From: Ruminococcus flavefaciens
GTDB lineage: Bacteria > Bacillota > Clostridia > Oscillospirales > Ruminococcaceae
Reading direction: 5' to 3'
Assembly (NCBI GenBank): GCA_023667045.1
Contig: JAMPAU010000001.1
Coordinates: 1,164,594 to 1,228,593 of the forward strand
DNA: 64,000 bases
Shown here in pieces: positions 27,288 to 35,347 of the stretch (within the stretch, counting starts at the first letter, position 1; each line of letters begins with the position of its first letter). Both the position numbers and the translations under genes were made by a program. Below the pieces are notes generated by a model. It made no database searches. It saw only the letters and a list, made by a program, of their open reading frames with translations, and was not told the DNA's origin.

Positions 27288-28300
27288 TAAAGAAGTGTAA
27301 TGCCGTTTTCAGCACACTTGGAAATCATCTCGTCGCTCCAGATTGATGATTGTACTTCGCCGATGTGTGCCTTTTCGAGAAGGAACATACAAAGTCTTGA
27401 CTGTCCGATACCTCCACCGATAGTAAGTGGGAGTGTACCGTCTGCAATCATCTTGTGATAGTCATACTGCATTCTGTCTTCTGCACCGGCTTCGGCGAGC
27501 TGTTTTTTAAGGGAAGTTTCATTAACACGTATACCCATTGAGGAGATTTCAAGAGCGTTGTCAAGAACTTCGTCCCATACGAAAATATCGCCGTTAAGTG
27601 ACCAGTCGTCATAGTCGGGCGCACGACCGTCATGTTTCTGACCGCTTGCGAGAAGTCCGCCAATCTGCATAATGAAAACTGTCTTGTGTTCTTTGGTTAT
27701 GAGGCGTTCACGTTCCTTGGGGGTCTTGTCGGGGAACATATCTTCGAGTTCCTGAGTAGTAATAAAGAAAACGTCTTCACAGACACTTCCAGCGATAGCA
27801 GGATAACGCAGACCTACTTTTCTTTTGACGAAAGAAACAGCCTTTACAACGTTCTTAACGGTCTCTTTGAGGAAGTCAACGTTTCTCTGTTCACGAGTGA
27901 TAACCTTTTCCCAGTCCCACTGGTCAACGAAAATAGAGTGAGTATTGTCTGTGTCGTCGTCACGGCGGATAGCGTTCATATCGGTATAGATACCCTCGCC
28001 AGCATTGTAGCCGTAACGGTAGAGTGCCATTCTTTTCCACTTTGCGAGCGACTGAACGACTTCAGCTTCACTTCCGCCGATTTCCTTGATAGTGAAATCA
28101 ACTTTTCTTTCCACGCCGTTGAGGTCGTCATTGATACCACTGCCCTTTTTTACGATAAGCGGAGCGGACACACGGTCAAGAGTGAGGGCGAAAGAAAGAG
28201 CCTGCTGAAAAACGTCCTTAATGTACTTGATAGCGTGCTGGGTTTCTCTGAGTGAGAGCGCGGATTTGTAGCCCTCTGGAATATACAGCGATTTTGACAT
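27287..28300 (-). CDS. asnA: Aspartate--ammonia ligase
   Basis: DDLNGVER, QSLAKWKR, DMNAIRRD, VDQWDWEK, RAPDYDDW, TIGGGIGQSR. Confidence 0.96.
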   Translation of the reverse strand: MSKSLYIPEGYKSALSLRETQHAIKYIKDVFQQALSFALTLDRVSAPLIVKKGSGINDDLNGVERKVDFTIKEIGGSEAEVVQSLAKWKRMALYRYGYNAGEGIYTDMNAIRRDDDTDNTHSIFVDQWDWEKVITREQRNVDFLKETVKNVVKAVSFVKRKVGLRYPAIAGSVCEDVFFITTQELEDMFPDKTPKERERLITKEHKTVFIMQIGGLLASGQKHDGRAPDYDDWSLNGDIFVWDEVLDNALEISSMGIRVNETSLKKQLAEAGAEDRMQYDYHKMIADGTLPLTIGGGIGQSRLCMFLLEKAHIGEVQSSIWSDEMISKCAENGITLL

Positions 28301-28404
28301 AAAATACCATTCCTTTACTGTTTATTTAATCGGGAAACAGCGTCATTGATGTTTCCCGATGCTGTCATATTTATATTTGCCGGACTTGTTATTTATTCAG
28401 AAAA

Positions 28405-29775
28405 TTATCTGATACTGCCGACTGTTCTCGGATAGAGAATAACGTCACGGATATTTGACATACCTGTTGTGTACATGATAAGTCTTTCAAAGCCAAGACC
28501 AAAACCACCATGCGGTACAGAGCCGAATTTACGCAAATCAAGATAATCTGAATACAAGTCAAGATTCATGTTTCTTTCGTTCATAGCGGTAACGAGCTTG
28601 TCATAGTCTGCCTCACGTTCGCTTCCGCCTATAATCTCGCCAACGCCGGGTACGAGCAGGTCAACAGCGGCTACAGTTTTGCCGTCGGGATTCTGTTTCA
28701 TGTAAAAAGATTTTATTTCCTTTGGATAGTCTGTCACGAAAACAGCCTTATTGAAGACCTTTTCAGAAATATATCTTTCGTGTTCTGTCTGTAAGTCACA
28801 GCCCCACTCAACAGGATAAACGAACTTTTCGCCGGATTCCTGTAAGAGCTTTATAGCCTCTGTATAAGTTATTCTGCCGAAATCATGCGAGATGAGTTCT
28901 TCGAGACGTGCAACAAGACCCTTTTCAAAGTGTGCGTCAAAGAATTTCATATCGTCGGGGCAGGTGTCAAGGAGTTCACGGATAACGAATTTCAGCATAC
29001 TTTCAGCGATTTCTATAACGTCATCGAGTTCAGCAAAAGCTACTTCCGGCTCAATGTGCCAGAACTCAGCAAGGTGTTTAGGAGTATTGCTGTTTTCTGC
29101 ACGGAAACTCGGACCGAAAGTATATATCTTGCCCATAGCCATAGCAGCCATTTCGCCTTCAAGCTGTCCGGAAACTGAAAGTCCTGCACGTCTGCCGAAA
29201 AAGTCGTTAGCGTAATATTCTTCCTCAGATTTGTATTCATTGGAGTAGCCTATAGTTGTAACATTGAACATTTCGCCTGCACCCTCACAGTCACTGCCTG
29301 TGATAAGTGGAGTGTTTACGTAAACGTAGTTATTCTGCTGAAAGTACTTATGAATAGCAGAAGCAAGCACTGAACGTACACGCCATACAGCATTGAAAGT
29401 ATTTGTACGTCCTCTGAGGTGTGGCATAGAACGGAGATACTCCATAGTACAGCCTTTTTTCTGTAAAGGGTAGTCTTCCGGACATACGCCGAGAACTTCA
29501 ACTCCTGCCGGAACAGCGTTTATTTCAACGGTATTGTTTCTGCCCTCAACAAGCGTGCCGGTTACTTTAACGGAAGTGCCTACACGTGAAGCCTTATAAT
29601 CAGCGTCGGCGGACTTATCCACAACTACTTGAATATTTTTCAGTGATGTGCCGTCGTTCACCTCAATGAATGCAACGCTTTTTGAGTTTCTTGAAGTACG
29701 CACCCAACCGCAGATTGTTACTTCTTGATTTTCGGCTTTAGTGCCGAGAAGATTTTTAATATCGGTATGTTTCAT
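28405..29775 (-). CDS. asnS: Asparagine--tRNA ligase
   Basis: GWVRTSR, CEGAGEMF, SGQLEGE, FRAENSNT, GEIIGGSERE, GFGLGFER; Asn T-box upstream. Confidence 0.95.
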   Translation of the reverse strand: MKHTDIKNLLGTKAENQEVTICGWVRTSRNSKSVAFIEVNDGTSLKNIQVVVDKSADADYKASRVGTSVKVTGTLVEGRNNTVEINAVPAGVEVLGVCPEDYPLQKKGCTMEYLRSMPHLRGRTNTFNAVWRVRSVLASAIHKYFQQNNYVYVNTPLITGSDCEGAGEMFNVTTIGYSNEYKSEEEYYANDFFGRRAGLSVSGQLEGEMAAMAMGKIYTFGPSFRAENSNTPKHLAEFWHIEPEVAFAELDDVIEIAESMLKFVIRELLDTCPDDMKFFDAHFEKGLVARLEELISHDFGRITYTEAIKLLQESGEKFVYPVEWGCDLQTEHERYISEKVFNKAVFVTDYPKEIKSFYMKQNPDGKTVAAVDLLVPGVGEIIGGSEREADYDKLVTAMNERNMNLDLYSDYLDLRKFGSVPHGGFGLGFERLIMYTTGMSNIRDVILYPRTVGSIR

Positions 29776-29794
29776 AAAAAATCAGTCCTTTCAA

Positions 29795-30045
29795 GTAATA
29801 AAAAATCCGTCCTGCATGAAAACAGGACGGGAATAAAAATTCTCGTGGTACCACCTGAATTACTGTACATAGAATACAGTCACTCTTGACCGTTTAACGC
29901 ACGGAAAACGTTTCACCTACTTGCTTTTAGGCTTTCAGGTCACTGCTCTTGAGTGTTATTCGCACGGCATCGGATATGCGGATTTCAGCACATTCCGCAC
30001 TCTCTGTGAACGTCACACCGTGTTACTTCTCTCCGTCAAAGCATT
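29795..30045 (-). ncRNA. T-box riboswitch (Asn, AAC specifier)
   Basis: AGGTGGTACCACG at 29844-29856 (minus), terminator 29803-29832, AGAGA stem-I motif, AAC at 29955-29957. Confidence 0.9.
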
Positions 30046-30108
30046 TATTGTCATATATTTTATCATGTTTTGCGGAATATGTCAATAGAAATTTAAAATA
30101 AAAATCTT

Positions 30109-30915
30109 TTAACAATACTTTTCAGAAAATTCATTCAGTACGTTTTTCAGTGTCATGTCGATTTTCGGATAGCAAAAATTCTTTATTTCTTCCGGAATAT
30201 CCTTATAAAAAGCCTCTGCAATACCTCCTGCAATGCACGCCATAGTGTCAGCGTCACCGCCGAGAGATACGGCATTACGGACAGCACTTTCATAGTCGTG
30301 CGAATCAAGAAAAGCTACTATCGCCGGCGGTACACTGTAAAGAGTTTCACTGCTGAAACTGTAATCCGGCTTTATGTCTTCTATTGTATAGTCAATGTCA
30401 TATTTAAAGTTGTTAGTTATATATTCACGGATAGAATTTTTCTTTTCGCCGTTTCTTGCCATGAATACCGCCATAGCTACCGCCTGTGTACCTCTTATAG
30501 CCTCTTTGTGATTGTGAGTATAGTAACAGCTTGCCTTAGCCTGTAGGAGTACCTGTTCTTCTGTATTATATGCATAGCCAATAGGTACGCAACGCATAGC
30601 ACCGCCGTTTCCATAACTGTCCTGTACTTTCATATTATTAACGTCTTTAGCCCAATTCCTGAACATATAGCCATATCCGGCGTATGGAAAATATGAGTAA
30701 TATTGTTTATAGCGGACAGCATACTCATATCCACGTGATTCTATCTGAGTTTTTGTTATATCGTTGCCGTTTTCGAGAATAGCCTTACATACGGCGGTGG
30801 TCATTACAGTATCGTCAGTGAATCTTGACTGATTCTGTAATGGAAAATCATAATTTTTTGTAGAGTGGTGTTCATAATAAGAGCCTATTATATCACCATA
30901 AACTGCACCTAACAT
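30109..30915 (-). CDS. ADP-ribosylglycohydrolase (DraG/ARH family)
   Basis: GAVYGDIIG, FTDDT, SYGNGGAMR, THNH, GGDADT; ATG 30915 after GGGGG. Confidence 0.9.
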   Translation of the reverse strand: MLGAVYGDIIGSYYEHHSTKNYDFPLQNQSRFTDDTVMTTAVCKAILENGNDITKTQIESRGYEYAVRYKQYYSYFPYAGYGYMFRNWAKDVNNMKVQDSYGNGGAMRCVPIGYAYNTEEQVLLQAKASCYYTHNHKEAIRGTQAVAMAVFMARNGEKKNSIREYITNNFKYDIDYTIEDIKPDYSFSSETLYSVPPAIVAFLDSHDYESAVRNAVSLGGDADTMACIAGGIAEAFYKDIPEEIKNFCYPKIDMTLKNVLNEFSEKYC

Positions 30916-30928
30916 GAGCTTGCCCCCT

Positions 30929-31324
30929 TTAGTTTTCATTCATAAAGTCGAAATGCCGTCTGTAGCGTTTAGGAATATTTATACCGACAATATATCCGAT
31001 ATTGTCAAGAAATTCAGAAATCGTGTGTATTCCGTCCCTGTAGAATGTCTTTATTCTTTTATCCTTGAATGGAATATTTTTATAGTCCGGCGGACATACA
31101 AAAGTCCAGTCAGCACCGCTCTTATCGAATACAATACGAAAAAATTTGTCTATATCAGTATCTTTGTAGCCGTTTTTCATAAGCAGAATGTGATGCTCCA
31201 TAGCCTCGTCAATCTGAGACATTACAGCCGTTTTGCCGTCAAATGATATTACAGCAAGAAACGGCTCGTCTGCCCTGACGGCATTTTTAACGCTTTCTTC
31301 CGACGGATATTTAATTATCTGCAT
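30929..31324 (-). CDS. Hypothetical protein
   Basis: 131-aa ORF overlapping the hflX stop. Confidence 0.7.
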   Translation of the reverse strand: MQIIKYPSEESVKNAVRADEPFLAVISFDGKTAVMSQIDEAMEHHILLMKNGYKDTDIDKFFRIVFDKSGADWTFVCPPDYKNIPFKDKRIKTFYRDGIHTISEFLDNIGYIVGINIPKRYRRHFDFMNEN

Positions 31325-32567
31325 AAATATACACCTCTGCTTCTTTGATTAGTTTCACATCAACGAGTGCGTCAATGAGAGTACCGTTTTCAATGTATTC
31401 TTCGGAGAATATTTTACCGTCGGTTCTTATTTTGTTTATAAAGGACGTTTTTTCATATGGGACTAAAAGTTTCATGCGTTTTGAAGTTTCGGGCAGATTT
31501 TTCATAATGCATTCAAGCAGTCTGTCAAAACCTGTCTGTTGCCTTGCACTGATTAAAACCGTTGTGTCGTTTTCAAAAACCGTGTCGGTATATTCGGAAA
31601 CATCAGCCTTGTTCATGACGTTAATCTGCGGTATGCCGTCGCAACCCAGTTCCGAGAGTAAGGAGCGTGTGACTTCTGCCTGCTGTTCACGTTCGGGAGA
31701 GGAAATATCTTGAACATTCAGTATTATGTCAGCACATGAGGCTTCTTCCAGCGTGGACTTGAAAGCCTCGACGAGATTATGCGGTAAACGTCTAATAAGT
31801 CCGACGGTATCTATCAACATAACGCTCCTGCCGTCCGGAAGTTCTATAGAGCGTGACGTTATGTCAAGTGTTGCAAAGAGCTTGTTTTCGGCGAGTACTC
31901 CGGCATCTGTGAGGGCGTTTAAAAGCGTTGACTTGCCGACGTTAGTATATCCGACTATCGCACAGCACAGTACGCCGTCTTTTTTCCGTCGTGAACGTGA
32001 AAAGTCACGGTGTTTTTTAAGTTCGTCGAGTTCGTTTTCAAGATATGAGATACGTTTTCTTATGTGGCGTTTATCGGATTCAAGTTTTGTTTCGCCCGGA
32101 CCTCTTGTACCTATACCACCGCCGAGACGTGAAAGTTCCGTACCCATACCGGTAAGGCGTGGAAGTCTGTATTTCTGCTGTGCAAGCTCTACCTGTAGTT
32201 TGCCCTCTTTGGTTCTTGCCCTCTGTGCGAAAATATCAAGTATAAGGGTTGTGCGGTCTATCACACGGACTTCAAGGATTTTTTCTATATTACGCACCTG
32301 TACGCCTGTGAGTTCGTGGTCAAATATGACAAGTTCAGCTTCAAGTAATTCAAGCTGTTCTTTTAGTTCTTCAAGCCGTCCAGAACCCATACAGGTTGCA
32401 GGGTCGTAAGTCTGTTTTTTCTGGATTATTTCCCCGATTACTTCAGCGTTGGCAGTCTGTGCAAGTTCGGCGAGTTCCTTTATTGATATTTCCGAATCAA
32501 ATTCTCCGGTATCAACGCACGCAAGGACAGCTTTTACCGGAATGTCATCTGTTTTGTTTTCGTACAT
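31311..32567 (-). CDS. hflX: GTPase HflX
   Basis: ILDIFAQRA, GGIGTRGPGETKLE, GYTNVGKSTL, LFATLD, DTVG, NKAD. Confidence 0.96.
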   Translation of the reverse strand: MYENKTDDIPVKAVLACVDTGEFDSEISIKELAELAQTANAEVIGEIIQKKQTYDPATCMGSGRLEELKEQLELLEAELVIFDHELTGVQVRNIEKILEVRVIDRTTLILDIFAQRARTKEGKLQVELAQQKYRLPRLTGMGTELSRLGGGIGTRGPGETKLESDKRHIRKRISYLENELDELKKHRDFSRSRRKKDGVLCCAIVGYTNVGKSTLLNALTDAGVLAENKLFATLDITSRSIELPDGRSVMLIDTVGLIRRLPHNLVEAFKSTLEEASCADIILNVQDISSPEREQQAEVTRSLLSELGCDGIPQINVMNKADVSEYTDTVFENDTTVLISARQQTGFDRLLECIMKNLPETSKRMKLLVPYEKTSFINKIRTDGKIFSEEYIENGTLIDALVDVKLIKEAEVYIYADN

Positions 32568-32579
32568 AGATTCACCTCA

Positions 32580-33452
32580 TTAATTTCCGGCGAGATTTTT
32601 TATTTCCTCCGGAGTGAAGATATATTCCTTACCGCAGAAGTGGCAGTTTATAGAAATATCCTTGCCGTCTTCAGCGATGTTATTGAGTTCTTTTTTTCCG
32701 AGACTGATTAAAACCTTTTCGGTACGTTCACGGCTACAGTCGCATTTGTAAGCCGGATTTGCTTCGTCAAGGGGTTCGGGATTAAGACCGTCCATAAGCA
32801 TACCGGCGATTTCTTCCGGAGTTATGCCGTCCGCAAGCATAGCCGAAACAGGACGTATTTTTTTCAGATTGTTTTCAATTATGTCAATGCATTTTTCGTC
32901 AGCGAAAGGCAGTAACTGCACAAGAAAACCTCCGGCGGACTTTACGGAAAGGTCGGGGTTTACGAGTACGCCGAGACTGCATACTGTAGGAATCTGTTCG
33001 CTTGTGGCATAGTAGCTTGCAATATCTTCAGCGATTTCACCGGAAACAAGCGGAATAACTCCAACATATGGCTCTTTCAGTCCTAAGTCCTTGACTACCG
33101 AGAGTGTGCCATTATGACCGACAGCACCGCCTACATCAAGTTTTCCCTGTGCGTTAAGCGGTATTTCAACCACCGGATTATTTACATAGCTTTTTACGTT
33201 GCCTATGCTGTCCGATACTGCCACAAGCTGACCTGTCTGACCGTCCGCATCTACACGCAGTGTCAGACTGTCGTCTTTGCCTTTGAGCATATAGCCCATG
33301 AGAGAAGCCCCTATTGTAAGCCGTCCGAGACCTGCCGTAACTACAGCGGAAGTTTTGTGTATTCTTTCTATTTCCGAGACTATATCCTTAGCGTCAAGCA
33401 CCTCTGCAAATGCCGAGCCGTCAGCGGAAATAACCCTGTATAATTTACCCAT
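32580..33452 (-). CDS. hslO: Hsp33 redox-regulated chaperone
   Basis: LVSGEIAEDIASY, CDC...CHFC Zn motif. Confidence 0.93.
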   Translation of the reverse strand: MGKLYRVISADGSAFAEVLDAKDIVSEIERIHKTSAVVTAGLGRLTIGASLMGYMLKGKDDSLTLRVDADGQTGQLVAVSDSIGNVKSYVNNPVVEIPLNAQGKLDVGGAVGHNGTLSVVKDLGLKEPYVGVIPLVSGEIAEDIASYYATSEQIPTVCSLGVLVNPDLSVKSAGGFLVQLLPFADEKCIDIIENNLKKIRPVSAMLADGITPEEIAGMLMDGLNPEPLDEANPAYKCDCSRERTEKVLISLGKKELNNIAEDGKDISINCHFCGKEYIFTPEEIKNLAGN

Positions 33453-33453
33453 T

Positions 33454-34221
33454 TCAAATTCCTTCTTTCATAAGTTTGCAACGTGCCGTGTATATTATTC
33501 TCTGGGAAGTTTCACACGGCGGACTAAAAGTATCGTCGCCGTATTTTGCTATAATTTCAAAGTTGTTTTCAGCAAGGAGTTTTTCTATAGTTTCCTCGCT
33601 GTAAGCCTTTTCAGAAAAGCTGTCCGAACTTCTTGAATAAAGACCGTTTTCTTCGAGTTCAAAAAATTCAAGGTTCATTTTAACCTCGTCCGTGTCGGGA
33701 TTAAGTGTGTTTTCCCATATGCAGTAGAGATTGTCTGTTTCATAAGTGAAAGTATTATCGGCGAGGACTTTTCTGTGTTTGTAGACTGTGTTCACGTCGA
33801 AAATAAAAAGCCCGTCATATTCTGAAAATAAAGATACTTTTTCAAAGACCTTTCTTACGTCGTCAATGCATGACAGGTGGTTTATGCTGTCCAAAGCACA
33901 TATAGTAATGTCGATAGTACCAAACATATCAATATCACGCATATCCTGACACAGATATTGAATATTAAGTCCGCTGTCAAACTTCTTGTCCAGAGCTATG
34001 CCGAGCATTTCCTGTGAGTTGTCAACGCCGATTACGTCATAGCCGAGCCGTGCCATTTCCTCTGAGATACTGCCTGTACCGCACGCAAGGTCAAGAAGTA
34101 TGTTATTTTCAGTTTTCTTGAATTTCTTTATTATTTCGTGAAAGTATTCCGCACGTTTTCTGTAGTCTATGTTTTGTGTTAGGTCGTCGTAGTAGCGTGC
34201 GAAAACATTGTAACCGCTCAT
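33454..34221 (-). CDS. Class I SAM-dependent methyltransferase
   Basis: LDLACGTG, GVDNS, QDMR, DSINH. Confidence 0.9.
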   Translation of the reverse strand: MSGYNVFARYYDDLTQNIDYRKRAEYFHEIIKKFKKTENNILLDLACGTGSISEEMARLGYDVIGVDNSQEMLGIALDKKFDSGLNIQYLCQDMRDIDMFGTIDITICALDSINHLSCIDDVRKVFEKVSLFSEYDGLFIFDVNTVYKHRKVLADNTFTYETDNLYCIWENTLNPDTDEVKMNLEFFELEENGLYSRSSDSFSEKAYSEETIEKLLAENNFEIIAKYGDDTFSPPCETSQRIIYTARCKLMKEGI

Positions 34222-34581
34222 TTAATCACCTTCTTGTCAAATAAATTTTAATTTATGTGCCGTTATAATTGTGTAACTGTATGAATTGACCGTTATCTTT
34301 ATATCACTGGTTTCACAATACCATTTTTTCCCTTGCCTGTATATATTGCAGTTTTTGTCCGATACTTTGTCTTTACAATATCCGACAACATCATTAATAT
34401 CTAATCTGAGATTTTTTTTGATTCTGCAAATACCAAGTTCAGTTGTATGAAGTTTATCTATATTATTAAGTAATATTTGTCTGTCCGCTGTTAATTCACA
34501 ATCCATAATATCTCCTGTTTTTGATATTTTTAGTCAAATCGTCGTAGTAGCGTGCGAAAACATTATAACCGCTCATTTAAT
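34184..34581 (-). repeat. 43-bp direct repeat (methyltransferase start region) flanking the DUF3781-like gene
   Basis: 34184-34226 vs 34539-34581 differ at one base (tcgtcgtagtagcgtgcgaaaacatt[g/a]taaccgctcatttaat). Confidence 0.9.
34237..34506 (-). CDS. DUF3781-like small protein
   Basis: LHTTELG..RIKKNL...GKKWY....ITVNSYSYTIITAH pattern recalled from this family. Confidence 0.7.
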   Translation of the reverse strand: MDCELTADRQILLNNIDKLHTTELGICRIKKNLRLDINDVVGYCKDKVSDKNCNIYRQGKKWYCETSDIKITVNSYSYTIITAHKLKFI

Positions 34582-34585
34582 TGTT

Positions 34586-35017
34586 TTACTTGTCAATTAA
34601 GATTTCGTTTCCGTTTTCGTCGATATAATACCATGTTTCAGTATTGTTATTTTTATCTGTTTCACGGCGTTCAACCATATTCAGTTGGTTGCCGTTCCAT
34701 TTGTATATGAAACGCTGACCGTCATCAGTGTCCAGAGAAAGAATATGTCCTAAGCGGACATTTTCGGACATACCAACATTAAGCAGTCTGCCGATTTTGT
34801 TGAGTTCGTCCCATTCGTCAAATTTTTCAGTATCGGGATTATAATGGTAGTATGTGCCGTGAAGTCCGTCATAATCGGGAACGTACAAATCATCATATCC
34901 GTCAAAATCGAAATCAGAAGTAACGGACTGCTGAGTTTCAGAGTAAGATGATTCCGGCATATTTTCTGCCGTACAGCCACAAAGAAACATCATACATAAA
35001 AGTAAGTATTTTTTCAT
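34586..35017 (-). CDS. Putative lipoprotein
   Basis: MKKYLLLCMMFLCGC lipobox-like signal; DFDFDGYDD acidic motif; ATG 35017 after CAGGAG. Confidence 0.65.
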   Translation of the reverse strand: MKKYLLLCMMFLCGCTAENMPESSYSETQQSVTSDFDFDGYDDLYVPDYDGLHGTYYHYNPDTEKFDEWDELNKIGRLLNVGMSENVRLGHILSLDTDDGQRFIYKWNGNQLNMVERRETDKNNNTETWYYIDENGNEILIDK

Positions 35018-35319
35018 AATATCTCCTGTTTTTTCTGTACTCGATATGCAGAAATATACTATTATCTTTAACATATATCACTGCTGACCTATTACATAAA
35101 ACAGTCTCTTTTATATTTTTTTATCATGAATAATATAAAAAGAAAACATTTCTGTTATTGTCGGTATGTAACCAATCATATTATATAAATCAGCAGGATA
35201 TTCATAACCTCTTTTTTATGTGGGTGGTTAAACCCATTTTCAGAAATTATTTCATTTTTTTCTTTATCTGTTAGTTTACTGTAAACAAGAGCCATAAAAT
35301 CATTGTCTTCTTAAAACAA

Positions 35320-35340
35320 GGGACGGAAAAACTCCGTCCC
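35320..35340 (-). terminator. Probable secA terminator
   Basis: gggacgga-aaaac-tccgtccc hairpin just after the secA stop. Confidence 0.6.
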
Positions 35341-35347
35341 GATATGG

